A DNA stretch of 64,000 bases from a virus. Taxonomy: Duplodnaviria; Caudoviricetes. The translations under genes and the position numbers were made by a program. This document shows positions 45,517 to 54,925 of this stretch, piece by piece. The notes under the pieces were generated by a model. It saw only the letters and a list, made by a program, of their open reading frames with translations, did not search any database and was not told where the DNA came from. How positions within the stretch are numbered: position 1 is the stretch's first letter; every line of letters starts with the position of its first letter. The stretch lies in the IMG/VR virus record IMGVR_UViG_2582581306_000002, positions 15,726 through 79,725 of that record; one strand, written 5' to 3'.

Positions 45517-45761
45517 GGCGCCCCCTTCTGTTCCAACTGGGCGGCCTCAAGGAACAGCCGGAAGCGATCGGCGACGGCGCCCTTGGCGGTCTCCTCGCTG
45601 CCACTCCTGCCCGATGACGCCGCCAGAAAATTGCCGTTCAGCCAGAACCGCCATCGCCAGTGCTTCTCGCGACCGGCGGGCGGGAACACGGCGCCCATGT
45701 CGATCGCGCCTGTGCGGGCGATGCGACGATCCAGCGGGTATTGAGGTGTCGACCAGATCAA
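45513..45761 (-). CDS. Hypothetical protein
   Basis: Coupled; WRWRFW. Confidence 0.6.
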   Translation of the reverse strand: MIWSTPQYPLDRRIARTGAIDMGAVFPPAGREKHWRWRFWLNGNFLAASSGRSGSEETAKGAVADRFRLFLEAAQLEQKGAP

Positions 45762-45904
45762 GCGGCCTCCTCACTCGGGAGACGCCGACGGGTCGCGTCT
45801 GGCTGTCCCTCGACGATGTCGCGGATGATCTGGTCCGACGTGTCATCGCAGGCCGGAAGCCTGACGAGAACGACGTTCGGAGAACGGATGGCGCGGCGTC
45901 TCAT
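45758..45904 (-). CDS. 48-aa hypothetical protein
   Basis: Overlaps both neighbours by 4 nt. Confidence 0.45.
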   Translation of the reverse strand: MRRRAIRSPNVVLVRLPACDDTSDQIIRDIVEGQPDATRRRLPSEEAA

Positions 45905-46968
45905 GCTGCCTCCGCTCGGCGATCGCGATCAGCGATCAGTTCGGCATATCGTCCATGAATGCTGGATCTGTCGGTAAACGTGGGTTTGAAACCCAAGACG
46001 TGCGCGATGGCGCCACGGACGGTGCCGAGAATGTCTGCCTCTTGATCCGTGAGCATTCGGACCGGCCAACCTTTGACGTAGAGCATGTCCTTCGTGATCG
46101 CCTTCTCGAAGCGGACACGCTCCTGCGCCTTGACCTTTGTTTCGGCAAGGCGGCGCTGCATCGAGGCATCGAGAAGATCGGGAGCGACGTCACCGAGCCA
46201 TCTGGCGCCCTGGAAAGCGAATGTGCTTCTGCATTCCAGGTCGACCATGCTCCGGAAGAGATCGTGCGCTTCTGGCTGGGCAGCCGCGGCCGCAAGATCG
46301 CTCTGGTTCGACATAATGCAAAACCGGCAAGAAACACGGCTCATATTGAACTGGCGATAGGCCGGGTGCGGCTGCAGACCACTATCGTCGATCGATGCGA
46401 ACACATCCTCGACGCTCCAGTCGAGAATTGGCCGCCAGTTCCACACCCTGCCCTCTCGATCGCTGTCGGCGATGGTGGCTTTCGCGCGCTTCGAACTCTC
46501 TGCCCGGCGGATACCGGTCACATTGATGACCGTCTGACCTTTGAAGCGACGCTTCAACTCGGCCAGGATGACATGCGTTTTCAGCTCCGAGGTGCAGAAC
46601 CGCATTTCAGGGGTAGACCAGCACGGTATGACGGTGACGGTACTGAGCTTTTCATATCGGTCGGTGCTGAGCTCGAACCGGCGCTCCCAGCGCTGCATCA
46701 AGCCACCGGCTTTGCGACGCACCACAACGAGATCGCAGCCAAGATGCGCCGCAAGGGCTTCGCATACCGACAGCGAATCGTTCCACTCGACGGAGCCGAG
46801 GTCGCTGTGGATCAATATTCTAGGGCCGGTGTGCCCAATGCTATCGAGATGTGCGAACGTCGCCAAAGCGCAGGCTTGACTGTCTTTACCGCCTGAGACG
46901 CCAACAGCCACCGGCGCGCCGCCCCTGAGCAGCTCGGATATCTCCGGAATGATGGCGATCTGCATCAA
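45901..46968 (-). CDS. Phosphoadenosine phosphosulfate (PAPS) reductase-family protein
   Basis: SGGKDS PP-loop, [24 protein letters not shown]. Confidence 0.88.
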   Translation of the reverse strand: MMQIAIIPEISELLRGGAPVAVGVSGGKDSQACALATFAHLDSIGHTGPRILIHSDLGSVEWNDSLSVCEALAAHLGCDLVVVRRKAGGLMQRWERRFELSTDRYEKLSTVTVIPCWSTPEMRFCTSELKTHVILAELKRRFKGQTVINVTGIRRAESSKRAKATIADSDREGRVWNWRPILDWSVEDVFASIDDSGLQPHPAYRQFNMSRVSCRFCIMSNQSDLAAAAAQPEAHDLFRSMVDLECRSTFAFQGARWLGDVAPDLLDASMQRRLAETKVKAQERVRFEKAITKDMLYVKGWPVRMLTDQEADILGTVRGAIAHVLGFKPTFTDRSSIHGRYAELIADRDRRAEAA

Positions 46969-47342
46969 TCCGCCTCCGGCGCGTCGATCATGCCCAGGGC
47001 GGCGAGATAGGTGTCGAGGATCGCCTCCTGCTCCATCCGCTCGTCCTTGTCCTGCTTCCGGATCGCGATGACCTTTTTCAGAACCTTGGTGTCGAACCCG
47101 GTACCCTTGGCCTCGCCGTAGACGTCCTTGATGTCCTCGGCGATCGTCTTCTTTTCCTCTTCGAGCCGCTCGATGCGCTCGATGAACGAACGGAGCTGGG
47201 TGCGGGCGACCGTATGAGCGTCAGAGCTGCCGGTTTCCTTCGGTGAAAACGCCTCGATCTGGCGGGTATCGGTTTTCAGGGGGCGGCCCGCGGCCTCGGC
47301 GGTGACGGCTTTCGCGGCACCCGGTATGACTTTCATATTCAT
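46965..47342 (-). CDS. DUF2312/GapR-like nucleoid-associated protein
   Basis: [31 protein letters not shown]. Confidence 0.9.
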   Translation of the reverse strand: MNMKVIPGAAKAVTAEAAGRPLKTDTRQIEAFSPKETGSSDAHTVARTQLRSFIERIERLEEEKKTIAEDIKDVYGEAKGTGFDTKVLKKVIAIRKQDKDERMEQEAILDTYLAALGMIDAPEAD

Positions 47343-47785
47343 GACGCATCCTCGGTTTCGGTTTGAAAAACGGCGAGCCGCACCGCCTGCCCGCCAAGGG
47401 GCCGGCGTTTCAGCTTCCGGTGAATTTTCTTGATCTTCTGTTTCAGCTCGAACTCGGAGAGCTGCCGCATCCGCCGATGCGATCGGATGAAACCGAGGCG
47501 CACCGTTGTGATGACGCCGTTGCTGGGATCGATCTTCACGAAGAAGCGGCCGTTGCCGACATAGGGAACGCCGAACGAAACCGCCAAGGCGATGCCGGGC
47601 GTATAGATGACGCGCTGGACATCAAGGATGGTGTAGCCCGCTGCCTTGCAGTGTGCCGCGGCGCAGGCGTACTCAGTCGGATAACCGCCGGGAGGTTCCG
47701 GCAGTTCGATCTCCAGGAGCCGCTGCACATAGCGGGTTACGGCATGGTAGCTGACATGCCTGGCGCATTCGGGAGGTCTGGCCAT
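47339..47785 (-). CDS. Hypothetical protein
   Basis: [12 protein letters not shown]; coupled. Confidence 0.65.
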   Translation of the reverse strand: MARPPECARHVSYHAVTRYVQRLLEIELPEPPGGYPTEYACAAAHCKAAGYTILDVQRVIYTPGIALAVSFGVPYVGNGRFFVKIDPSNGVITTVRLGFIRSHRRMRQLSEFELKQKIKKIHRKLKRRPLGGQAVRLAVFQTETEDAS

Positions 47786-47790
47786 TGCGG

Positions 47791-48003
47791 CTATCCCTCA
47801 ACCGGGTCGCGAGCGTTCGCCTTGCCCTGAAAATGGTTGGCTGCCTGATGCAGCACCGCGAGGTTGCGCCGCTGCTGCTCGATTTCCGCCGCCGGGCGCG
47901 GTTTGCTGCCGGTGGAGAAGTTCGTAATCCAAGTTCGTTTGGAATCGGCCATACGGCGGAGGCCGTCGGCCATCTCTTGATGCGATAGATTATCGTGCCC
48001 CAT
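47791..48003 (-). CDS. Hypothetical protein
   Basis: SD AGGAAG; in operon. Confidence 0.6.
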   Translation of the reverse strand: MGHDNLSHQEMADGLRRMADSKRTWITNFSTGSKPRPAAEIEQQRRNLAVLHQAANHFQGKANARDPVEG

Positions 48004-48026
48004 GACTTCCTGCGCCCCAGAGGCGG

Positions 48027-48383
48027 CTAGGAAGCCGCCCGCATTAAATCTCGCTCCTGCTGGAGCCTCTGTATTTCGGCGTCGAGAGAGCGCCCCCGCT
48101 CAAGTTCGACAGCCGATTCAATCCATTCCGGCGACTGCCGCAGGCATGCACGGACCAGCGAAGGTCCGAATACCGACAGAAGAACGCTGAAATGCTCCAC
48201 GGATGGACGCGACCGCCGGTGCAGCCAGTTTTCGACGGATGCCGCCGAAATGCCGGTGCGGGACTGGACGTGATAGCCGGTGGAAACTGGAAACCGGCCT
48301 TTCAGCCAGCTGATAAGACCAGCCGTGTTGAACAGGGCTGCATGATCTTTCCCGCAATTCTGCGGGACGTTCTTGGCGGACAT
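48027..48383 (-). CDS. HTH-like protein (CII-like position)
   Basis: TGIS..SVENWL....P; SD GAGGAG. Confidence 0.55.
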   Translation of the reverse strand: MSAKNVPQNCGKDHAALFNTAGLISWLKGRFPVSTGYHVQSRTGISAASVENWLHRRSRPSVEHFSVLLSVFGPSLVRACLRQSPEWIESAVELERGRSLDAEIQRLQQERDLMRAAS

Positions 48384-48737
48384 GGTGGGCTCCTCTGCGC
48401 TTGAATAGCGGCGCAGAGGGATCACTCCGGAAGAAGTAAAATCCTGAAACATATGGCTCCTCATACAAAATACAGGAAAGAAGGAGGTCGTTTTGAAGGG
48501 CAAGCATGGCAATCAGGCGACGTTCAAAGCGGACGGCCGTTGCGATCATGGCATGCTGCCAGCCCCGCGGAGATGCGGCGACTTCGAACCCGTCGGTGAC
48601 GCAGCGTGCAGGCTGCTCGACGGGATCAGGACGAAGAAAGAAAACCGGTGCCAAAAAAACGGCACCGGCCAAGGTCAAGCGGCGGTACGCAAACAATCCG
48701 CCGTCTTGGGGGAACAAGCATTCACATGAGGCCGCCT

Positions 48738-48971
48738 TCACGCTGCTGCCCCCTGCTTCTCGGCAGTCCGGTAGAAATCCGGCCTGAGAACTTCACGGGG
48801 AATACCCGTTACCGATTCGACTTCGAGCACCCGGTCCATAGGCACGCCGTTCCGTTCCCACCGCAAAATGGTGGACTTGTCGAACGGTTCGTCGAACATT
48901 GCGCCAAGAGCTTCCATGCTCATGCCGTCAAAGCCTTCGCGAAATATGGTGAGTGGCGAAACGATCTGCAT
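48738..48971 (-). CDS. Cro-like transcriptional regulator
   Basis: STILRWE.G.P......E..TGIP...LRPD; divergent from the repressor. Confidence 0.8.
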   Translation of the reverse strand: MQIVSPLTIFREGFDGMSMEALGAMFDEPFDKSTILRWERNGVPMDRVLEVESVTGIPREVLRPDFYRTAEKQGAAA

Positions 48972-48980
48972 GACGCAGAA

Positions 48981-48999
48981 AGTTGCACATTCCGCAACT
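48981..48999. promoter_or_regulatory. Operator AGTTGC-N7-GCAACT
   Basis: Palindrome just upstream of cro. Confidence 0.8.
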
Positions 49000-49059
49000 A
49001 TGCGCAAGACCGATTTATGCAGGTTTCGCTAACGACCTCAGCACGGCTGGTTTGGTAAA

Positions 49060-49076
49060 GTTGCGCAATGAGCAAC
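49060..49076. promoter_or_regulatory. Operator GTTGC-N7-GCAAC overlapping the repressor start codon
   Basis: GTTGC-GCAATGA-GCAAC. Confidence 0.75.
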
Positions 49077-49412
49077 AAAGCATCCACAGATCCACAGATC
49101 CCGCTTCGTCTCCACTTCATCCCGGAATGGACGAAGGCAAAGAAAATGCGGCCGACGGACCTCGCCGCGAAAATCGGCGCGGATAAAGGTTCGGTATCCC
49201 GCTGGTTCAGCGGTGTCCTGCCCCAGGACCGATGGTTGCTCATCATCGCGGAGGCCTTCGAGACCGATTATCATGGCCTCTTCCGCCATCCAGCCGATCA
49301 GTGGATGATTGATCTCTTCAAGGGTCGCAGCGCACCCGAGAAGCTCAAGATCAGGCAGATGCTGGCACTCATGCTCGACAAGCCGGCTCCCGAGCCTACT
49401 CCCGAGGGCTGA
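49068..49412 (+). CDS. CI-like XRE repressor without a peptidase domain
   Basis: DLA.KIG..KGSVSRW..G..P HTH. Confidence 0.8.
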   Translation: MSNKASTDPQIPLRLHFIPEWTKAKKMRPTDLAAKIGADKGSVSRWFSGVLPQDRWLLIIAEAFETDYHGLFRHPADQWMIDLFKGRSAPEKLKIRQMLALMLDKPAPEPTPEG

Positions 49413-50084
49413 TCAGCGCGCCGCACACCCCGGGAAGAGACCCATTGGGTCCTTCGGCTTAAATCCTTCGGGGAACGGGCAGGCCGCCGCGGTCTCGTCT
49501 GACGCATCGTTGACCAGGCGCAACGCTACCAGTTCTTCCCTGCTGAACACATACATGTCGTCGGCAGGGGTCATCATCGCCCTGGTCAGAACCGCGCTAT
49601 CGATCCCCATCGCGGTGAAATAGCCCAGCAGGACGCCGGATATCGCCTGCGCCTTACCCGCTGCATCGTCTCCCGCCGCCGAATCGTCCCGCCACCGGAA
49701 CTGGTGGACACCGAGCTTCCCCGTCGGCCCGACCTCTCTCTCGGCACCGCCGATGAAGGCGAAGGCGCAGGCGGAGAAGCAATCCGCGATCGACGGGATA
49801 AAGGTCTTGTAGGATCCGGCGCGCAGCAGCTCGCCCAGCTCAACACCGCCGAGAACGCTGCCACCCTTTGAATTCAGAGTGACAATACCGGCTCGTCGAT
49901 CTTGCCCCGCAACAAACGCGCTGAACTCGGCGGCCGTGGTGTCTGAAATCGGGCCTGTCGCCGAAATGAAGGCGAGGCCGTCGGGCGTCTGCATCATCCT
50001 GAATTCCATCGCGACCGAATCGGTTGCGGAAACCATCAACGCAGCGGCGACTATCAGGCTGTGCAAAACGGTTTTCAGGGGCAT
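49413..50084 (-). CDS. Exported ClpP/crotonase-like protein (moron)
   Basis: Signal peptide; LNS.GG, C.SAC...F.GG..R, GVHQF. Confidence 0.75.
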   Translation of the reverse strand: MPLKTVLHSLIVAAALMVSATDSVAMEFRMMQTPDGLAFISATGPISDTTAAEFSAFVAGQDRRAGIVTLNSKGGSVLGGVELGELLRAGSYKTFIPSIADCFSACAFAFIGGAEREVGPTGKLGVHQFRWRDDSAAGDDAAGKAQAISGVLLGYFTAMGIDSAVLTRAMMTPADDMYVFSREELVALRLVNDASDETAAACPFPEGFKPKDPMGLFPGCAAR

Positions 50085-50150
50085 CTCGGCTCCAGCGTTG
50101 AAGCCAGATTTATAGAGGAATTTCCGCGCTCTAAACAGTGCCGCTCGAAC

Positions 50151-50203
50151 GGTTGCGTTATGTGCAACTTTTTCATTTGACGGCAGTTGCGCTTTCTGCA
50201 ACT
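50151..50203 (+). promoter_or_regulatory. Two operators (50152-50168, 50185-50203) flanking the TTGACG -35 of the early promoter
   Basis: GTTGC-N7-GCAAC twice. Confidence 0.8.
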
Positions 50204-50258
50204 ATTCCCGTCATAGAGTTCCAAGCAGACACCCCTCGCTTGTTCCCCGGAGAGCGTC

Positions 50259-50390
50259 ATGAAGTGCTTCCTTCTATCGATTTCGGCTGTCTTGTCGATC
50301 TTCGCCGCCTCCGTTGCGGCACCGGACGGGATGGCGACCTGCGTCGTGAAGCACAGCTTCGACACCTGCCACCACGCCCTGAACCGCTGA
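50259..50390 (+). CDS. 43-aa secreted peptide, first early gene
   Basis: MKCFLLSISAVLSIFAASVAAPDGMATCVVKHSFDTCHHALNR; SD GGAGAG. Confidence 0.55.
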   Translation: MKCFLLSISAVLSIFAASVAAPDGMATCVVKHSFDTCHHALNR

Positions 50391-50402
50391 GGACAGCCGG
50401 AC

Positions 50403-50729
50403 ATGACCCTTTGGATTTGCAACAGCTGCGGCTGCACCGAACGTCTCAATATTTTGCCCGACGCCTGCTCGCTTTGCGGCGGCACGCTGGAAACGCAGGA
50501 CGGCCGCTCCACCGCGGCTCTCCATGAACACGCCGGCTACGACCAGGCCCACTACGAGGCCATGGAAGTCGCGATGGGCGAAACGTCGGACCCGGCGGAA
50601 ATCATCTGGCTCTGGCATGAGGGGAACCCGCTGACCACGGCGCAGCAGGCCGTTCTCGACGACATGCTGCATCAGAACCGCATGGGCTTGATGGCTGCGG
50701 CCTACGCCGATTTCAGCGAGGCCGCATGA
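50403..50729 (+). CDS. Zn-ribbon hypothetical protein
   Basis: CxxC...CxxC; SD GAGGA. Confidence 0.65.
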   Translation: MTLWICNSCGCTERLNILPDACSLCGGTLETQDGRSTAALHEHAGYDQAHYEAMEVAMGETSDPAEIIWLWHEGNPLTTAQQAVLDDMLHQNRMGLMAAAYADFSEAA

Positions 50730-51031
50730 TCAACGCGGTGACGCTTTATACCCCGGCACAGGACCGCGACGTCGTTTCAGTTGCGCTGGCAGAAGCTGAG
50801 GCAGCGATCGGCGATCCGGTTCGCGCCAAGCATATCGCTTTTGAGGCTCTTCTCGTCGCCTATCCGGGCTGGTCCCCGGTTCGGCTCGGCTTCCAGCTCA
50901 ATTACCGGGTGCCGCGCGAGGCTCGCGCCGACGTCAACCGGTTCAAAACTACCAGATGGTGGAACGATTACATCGTCGACTGCGTCGTCGGTGCCCTCGT
51001 CGCCGATCAATACGGCGACAGGGCGAACTGA
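50726..51031 (+). CDS. Hypothetical protein
   Basis: Coupled. Confidence 0.6.
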   Translation: MINAVTLYTPAQDRDVVSVALAEAEAAIGDPVRAKHIAFEALLVAYPGWSPVRLGFQLNYRVPREARADVNRFKTTRWWNDYIVDCVVGALVADQYGDRAN

Positions 51032-51618
51032 TGAGCAAGTATTCCAAGATGCCGCGGGTTCCGCAGGACGCCTACCAGACACCGGAATGGCCGGTGCAGG
51101 TGGTTGTCCCGCATTTGATCGGCGTCAAGAAGTTCGCGGAACCCTGCTTCGGTGAGGGCAAGCTGGTGCGCTGGCTGGAAACCGCCGGTCTGACCTGCAC
51201 CCACTTTGGCGACATCAAGACCGGCCAGGACGCCCTGACGGACCCGACACTGGCGACGGTAAGGTTCGACGCCATCATCACGAACCCGCCCTACACCGAG
51301 AAGCTGCTCTATGCGCTGCTTCGCCGGTTCATGAGCATCGCGCCGACATGGCTGCTGCTCGAGGCGGACTTCCTGCACAAGGTCGGGGCGGCGGAGCTCA
51401 TCGCGCACTGCAGCCTGATCGTGTCCGTCGGCCGTATCAAATGGTTTGAGGGCACCCGGGACGAAAGCAAAAGCAATTACGCCTGGTACCGCTTCGACGC
51501 CCAACACACGACGGGGCCTCGTTTCATTCCGCGCATCGCGAAACCGCGTCCGCCGCGGGCGCCACGCAAAAAAATCCCGGCCCCAGCCCCGGAAACCCCA
51601 GAGGATATCGCAGCATGA
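51031..51618 (+). CDS. DNA amino-methyltransferase
   Basis: D.Y.TP, EPC.G.G, IITNPPY. Confidence 0.8.
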   Translation: MSKYSKMPRVPQDAYQTPEWPVQVVVPHLIGVKKFAEPCFGEGKLVRWLETAGLTCTHFGDIKTGQDALTDPTLATVRFDAIITNPPYTEKLLYALLRRFMSIAPTWLLLEADFLHKVGAAELIAHCSLIVSVGRIKWFEGTRDESKSNYAWYRFDAQHTTGPRFIPRIAKPRPPRAPRKKIPAPAPETPEDIAA

Positions 51619-52034
51619 TGCCGGACATCGCGAATTTTGTCAGTGCCTTCGCCGCTGAAAACAAGACCGCCCTTCTTGTCGGGGCAACCAGCATTGTCGG
51701 GCTCGGTGTTCTCGTCGCTGGTCTCACCGTGTTCGGGGTCCGCCCCGAGGTGTCGGAACAGCCGGAGCTTGTCGAAGCCGACGAGGAAACCAGTATCGAC
51801 GATGACGATGTGAGCTGGTGCGACATCGACAACACCGACATCGAAGCCGCGATCGACGAGGCTTATTTCGACGAGATCGCCGCTCGCCGGGCTCAAAACG
51901 ACGACATCAGCATCATTGCCCGCGATCTCGGCATTCCGGTGAGCAAGGCGCTCGCCCTGCTCACCGATCCGCGTTTCGTAGCCACCACCGTTCTAATTCA
52001 ACCGCCTCAACTGAGAGGTCAACAAGGAGCATGA
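51615..52034 (+). CDS. Membrane-anchored acidic protein
   Basis: One TM followed by a D/E-rich region. Confidence 0.6.
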   Translation: MMPDIANFVSAFAAENKTALLVGATSIVGLGVLVAGLTVFGVRPEVSEQPELVEADEETSIDDDDVSWCDIDNTDIEAAIDEAYFDEIAARRAQNDDISIIARDLGIPVSKALALLTDPRFVATTVLIQPPQLRGQQGA

Positions 52035-52375
52035 GCATGTTGCAGAAAACCAAATCCCCTGATGCTATCGACATCAACGTCGGAGCCCGGGTCCGCATGG
52101 CGCGGGAACACAGCAAGATGAGCCAGGAGGTTCTTGGCAAGGCCGTCGGCATCACGTTTCAGCAGATCCAGAAATACGAGAAGGGCATGAACCGGATGGG
52201 TGCGAGCCGCCTCGTCCAGATCGCCCGGGTGCTCAACGTCAGCCCGGCCTTTCTGCTCGCCGAGTATATGCCGGATGCCGAGGCGACGGCCGGCATTGAG
52301 ACCGCGCTACGCGCCGAAAACGAAACCCTGAAAAGCCAGCTCGCCGAAATCCGGAAGCTGGTTGCGAAGGCCTGA
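52031..52375 (+). CDS. XRE-family HTH regulator
   Basis: ID..VG.RVR..R....MSQ..LG..VGITFQQIQKYEKG.NR. Confidence 0.9.
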   Translation: MSMLQKTKSPDAIDINVGARVRMAREHSKMSQEVLGKAVGITFQQIQKYEKGMNRMGASRLVQIARVLNVSPAFLLAEYMPDAEATAGIETALRAENETLKSQLAEIRKLVAKA

Positions 52376-52436
52376 TCCATTCCGGTTTCCGCCCGCTGCC
52401 ACGGGCGGTTTCCCGAGTGGATCAAGGAGAGCCCCA

Positions 52437-52934
52437 ATGTCTATATTTAACAGACCGCCGCGCCCCAGGCGCTATTCGACGCGGGTGAAGACTATGGCCG
52501 TCACCGAGGGTCTTGACGACGTCCAGGAATGGATGAAGCGGGCGATCGAGGCCGCTGAAGTCAATGACCTCATCGTGGCCTATGACGATGATGCTTATAA
52601 ATATGCGAAGAACCTTGAAGATCGGGGCTGGAACGTGAACGCCGCGTTGGTCCATGTGCTCGGCGGCATAGGCCTGTCTCTTGCGAATGCGCATGAGAAA
52701 CTGGTCAAAGCGTGGGTCATCTTTTTTGATGTGACCGGGTCGTTTGCTGATGGCGATTTGGTCGACACCAGGACACACAAGCGCGCGAAAGTCGCCCGTG
52801 TTCGTGCCGAAAAGGCGGAACTGCTGATCCAACCACTGGAAGGGGAATGGAGCCTCCGCGACGGTGGCGTCGTCATACCCTTCGAAGATGCGAGGGCGAC
52901 CGAGGCCAACGCCGCTGCCGAGGAACTGGCATGA
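52437..52934 (+). CDS. Hypothetical protein
   Basis: SD AAGGAG. Confidence 0.7.
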   Translation: MSIFNRPPRPRRYSTRVKTMAVTEGLDDVQEWMKRAIEAAEVNDLIVAYDDDAYKYAKNLEDRGWNVNAALVHVLGGIGLSLANAHEKLVKAWVIFFDVTGSFADGDLVDTRTHKRAKVARVRAEKAELLIQPLEGEWSLRDGGVVIPFEDARATEANAAAEELA

Positions 52935-53746
52935 TCCCGGCGCGCGAAATCAACACCGACGTCGGCATTACGCCGGAACTTTGCTGGGTTCCGGTCGATC
53001 AGATCGACGTCGACGAAAACTACCAGCGCGCCCTAAAACCGAAACGCGTCGCGCAGATCCTGCGGGATTTCAACTGGGCGCATTTCCAGCCCGTGATGCT
53101 GACCCAGCAGGAAAGCGGCCGATTCAATGTCTTCGACGGTCAACACCGCGTCGAAGCCGCGCGCCAGCATCCGCACATCACCGAGGTGCCGGCGGCCGTG
53201 GTGCATATCGAGCATAGCTGCGACGAGGCCGGCGCCTTCCTCGGCGTCAACGTCAACCGCACCGCGCTCTCCACGGTCGACAAATATTGGGCCGGCATTG
53301 AGGCCGGCGACGCCAGCATGATGGCGATCTGCGCCGTCCTGGACGAAGCGGGCTGCGAAGTCGTTCCGGCGAACACCAAATCACCGGCACCGAAGCGCAC
53401 CAATGCGGTAACGGCGGTTGATCGTGCCATCAAAACCTACGGTGAGGCCGCGGTGACGCAAGCCTGCGGGACGCTCGTTGTCGCATGGCCGAAAGATAAC
53501 TCGGCGCTGGGCGGTATCCTGATCCAGGCACTGGCCCGGCTGTTCCGCAACAATCCGACCACGATCAGCCGGGAGCGGATGGAGCTCAAGCTGCGCAGCA
53601 AGGACCGCAAGCTGCTCATGAGCGACGCTGAAACGATGCGGCGCCTGTCCGGCGGCGACGCCCACCTCGCTTTGGCTAAGACCCTCGTCGAAATCTACAA
53701 CAAGGGGCTGCAGCTCAATCACATCCAGATCGGAGCGAAGTCATGA
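52931..53746 (+). CDS. ParB/Srx-like domain protein
   Basis: VD..YQR, VFDGQHR..AA. Confidence 0.8.
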   Translation: MIPAREINTDVGITPELCWVPVDQIDVDENYQRALKPKRVAQILRDFNWAHFQPVMLTQQESGRFNVFDGQHRVEAARQHPHITEVPAAVVHIEHSCDEAGAFLGVNVNRTALSTVDKYWAGIEAGDASMMAICAVLDEAGCEVVPANTKSPAPKRTNAVTAVDRAIKTYGEAAVTQACGTLVVAWPKDNSALGGILIQALARLFRNNPTTISRERMELKLRSKDRKLLMSDAETMRRLSGGDAHLALAKTLVEIYNKGLQLNHIQIGAKS

Positions 53747-54078
53747 TCAGCAAAGACACGGCTACCGACATCGCCTTGGCCTACAGGGAGATCGAAACCG
53801 CTGAGGCGCTGCTAGCCGAGATTTCGGCGGAGATCAGCCGATATCCAGTTCCGGACGTCAGGGATAGTTTCGGGCGTCCCGTTCGAGGTCTTGAACTCGC
53901 CGTGCCATCCGCCGCCAATTCGCGCAGGCTCTTCGACGTTCCTTGGCCGCTAGCCCGTCCGATCATTGAGGCGCACATCGCGGAGAAGAGATCGAAGATC
54001 GCCATCCTCAACGAAAAAGCGAAGATCGAGGCCGTGACTGTCGTGCCGGCACCGGGCGATGACGGGGAAATTGCATGA
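53743..54078 (+). CDS. Hypothetical protein
   Basis: Coupled. Confidence 0.65.
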   Translation: MISKDTATDIALAYREIETAEALLAEISAEISRYPVPDVRDSFGRPVRGLELAVPSAANSRRLFDVPWPLARPIIEAHIAEKRSKIAILNEKAKIEAVTVVPAPGDDGEIA

Positions 54079-54743
54079 ACGCGGTCGCCCGAATCTTCGA
54101 GGACATGCCGGCCCGGATCGCCAAGCTGCCGCTTAGCCCGAAAGGCTTCCCTATTCCCTACTTCGCGGAAGAGGTGAACGGCGAGCGCGATTTTCGCGTC
54201 GTGTCCGCGGTGAAAATGTCCCATGCGGTCCGCAACGATCTCTGCTGGACCTGCGGCGAGCGCCTCGGCAAGTTCAAAGCGTTCGTCATCGGCCCGATGT
54301 GCGGCGTGAACCGCACCATTTCCGATCCACCGTCGCATCGTGACTGCGCCATCTTCTCCGCCACGAACTGCCCGTTCCTGTCCCGGCCGCTCGCCAAGCG
54401 ACGCACCGATGGGCTGCCCGAGAACGGACAGGAAGCCCCCGGTTTTGGTTTAAAGCGCAATCCCGGTGCCGTTGGTGTCTGGATCACGCTCAATTATCGC
54501 CGGATGCGGGCGCCGGCCGGCAATCCGGGCCTGCTTTTCCGGATAGGAGAGCCGCAAGAGGTTCTGTGGTTCGCCAACGGCCGGACGGCTACCCGCGAAG
54601 AAGTAGCCACATCAGTGGAAACCGGGCTGCCGTCGCTCTTTGACCTCGCCGCACTGGACGGCCCAGTGGCGATCGCCGAGCTCCGCAAGATGGCCGCCGA
54701 TTTCCAGAGGCTGCTACCGGCACCGTCCGAGGTGCAGACATGA
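54075..54743 (+). CDS. Conserved phage hypothetical protein
   Basis: CWTCG, PP.H.DC..FS...CPFL. Confidence 0.7.
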   Translation: MNAVARIFEDMPARIAKLPLSPKGFPIPYFAEEVNGERDFRVVSAVKMSHAVRNDLCWTCGERLGKFKAFVIGPMCGVNRTISDPPSHRDCAIFSATNCPFLSRPLAKRRTDGLPENGQEAPGFGLKRNPGAVGVWITLNYRRMRAPAGNPGLLFRIGEPQEVLWFANGRTATREEVATSVETGLPSLFDLAALDGPVAIAELRKMAADFQRLLPAPSEVQT

Positions 54744-54925
54744 ACGATGAGCAGATGACAGCGCTGGTCAGGCGCATCGCGATCCGGTTCTGCGAGTTCA
54801 CCGGCCACGGTTGCGCCTGTGCCGCCCGTCCGCGCGCCCGGCTGTGCGAGACGACGGAGAAGCAGGCAAAAGCGGTAATCCGCGCCGTTGAACTCGCTCA
54901 TGCGGAGGCTGTCACCAATGGCTGA
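54740..54925 (+). CDS. Small Cys-containing protein
   Basis: Coupled. Confidence 0.55.
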   Translation: MNDEQMTALVRRIAIRFCEFTGHGCACAARPRARLCETTEKQAKAVIRAVELAHAEAVTNG

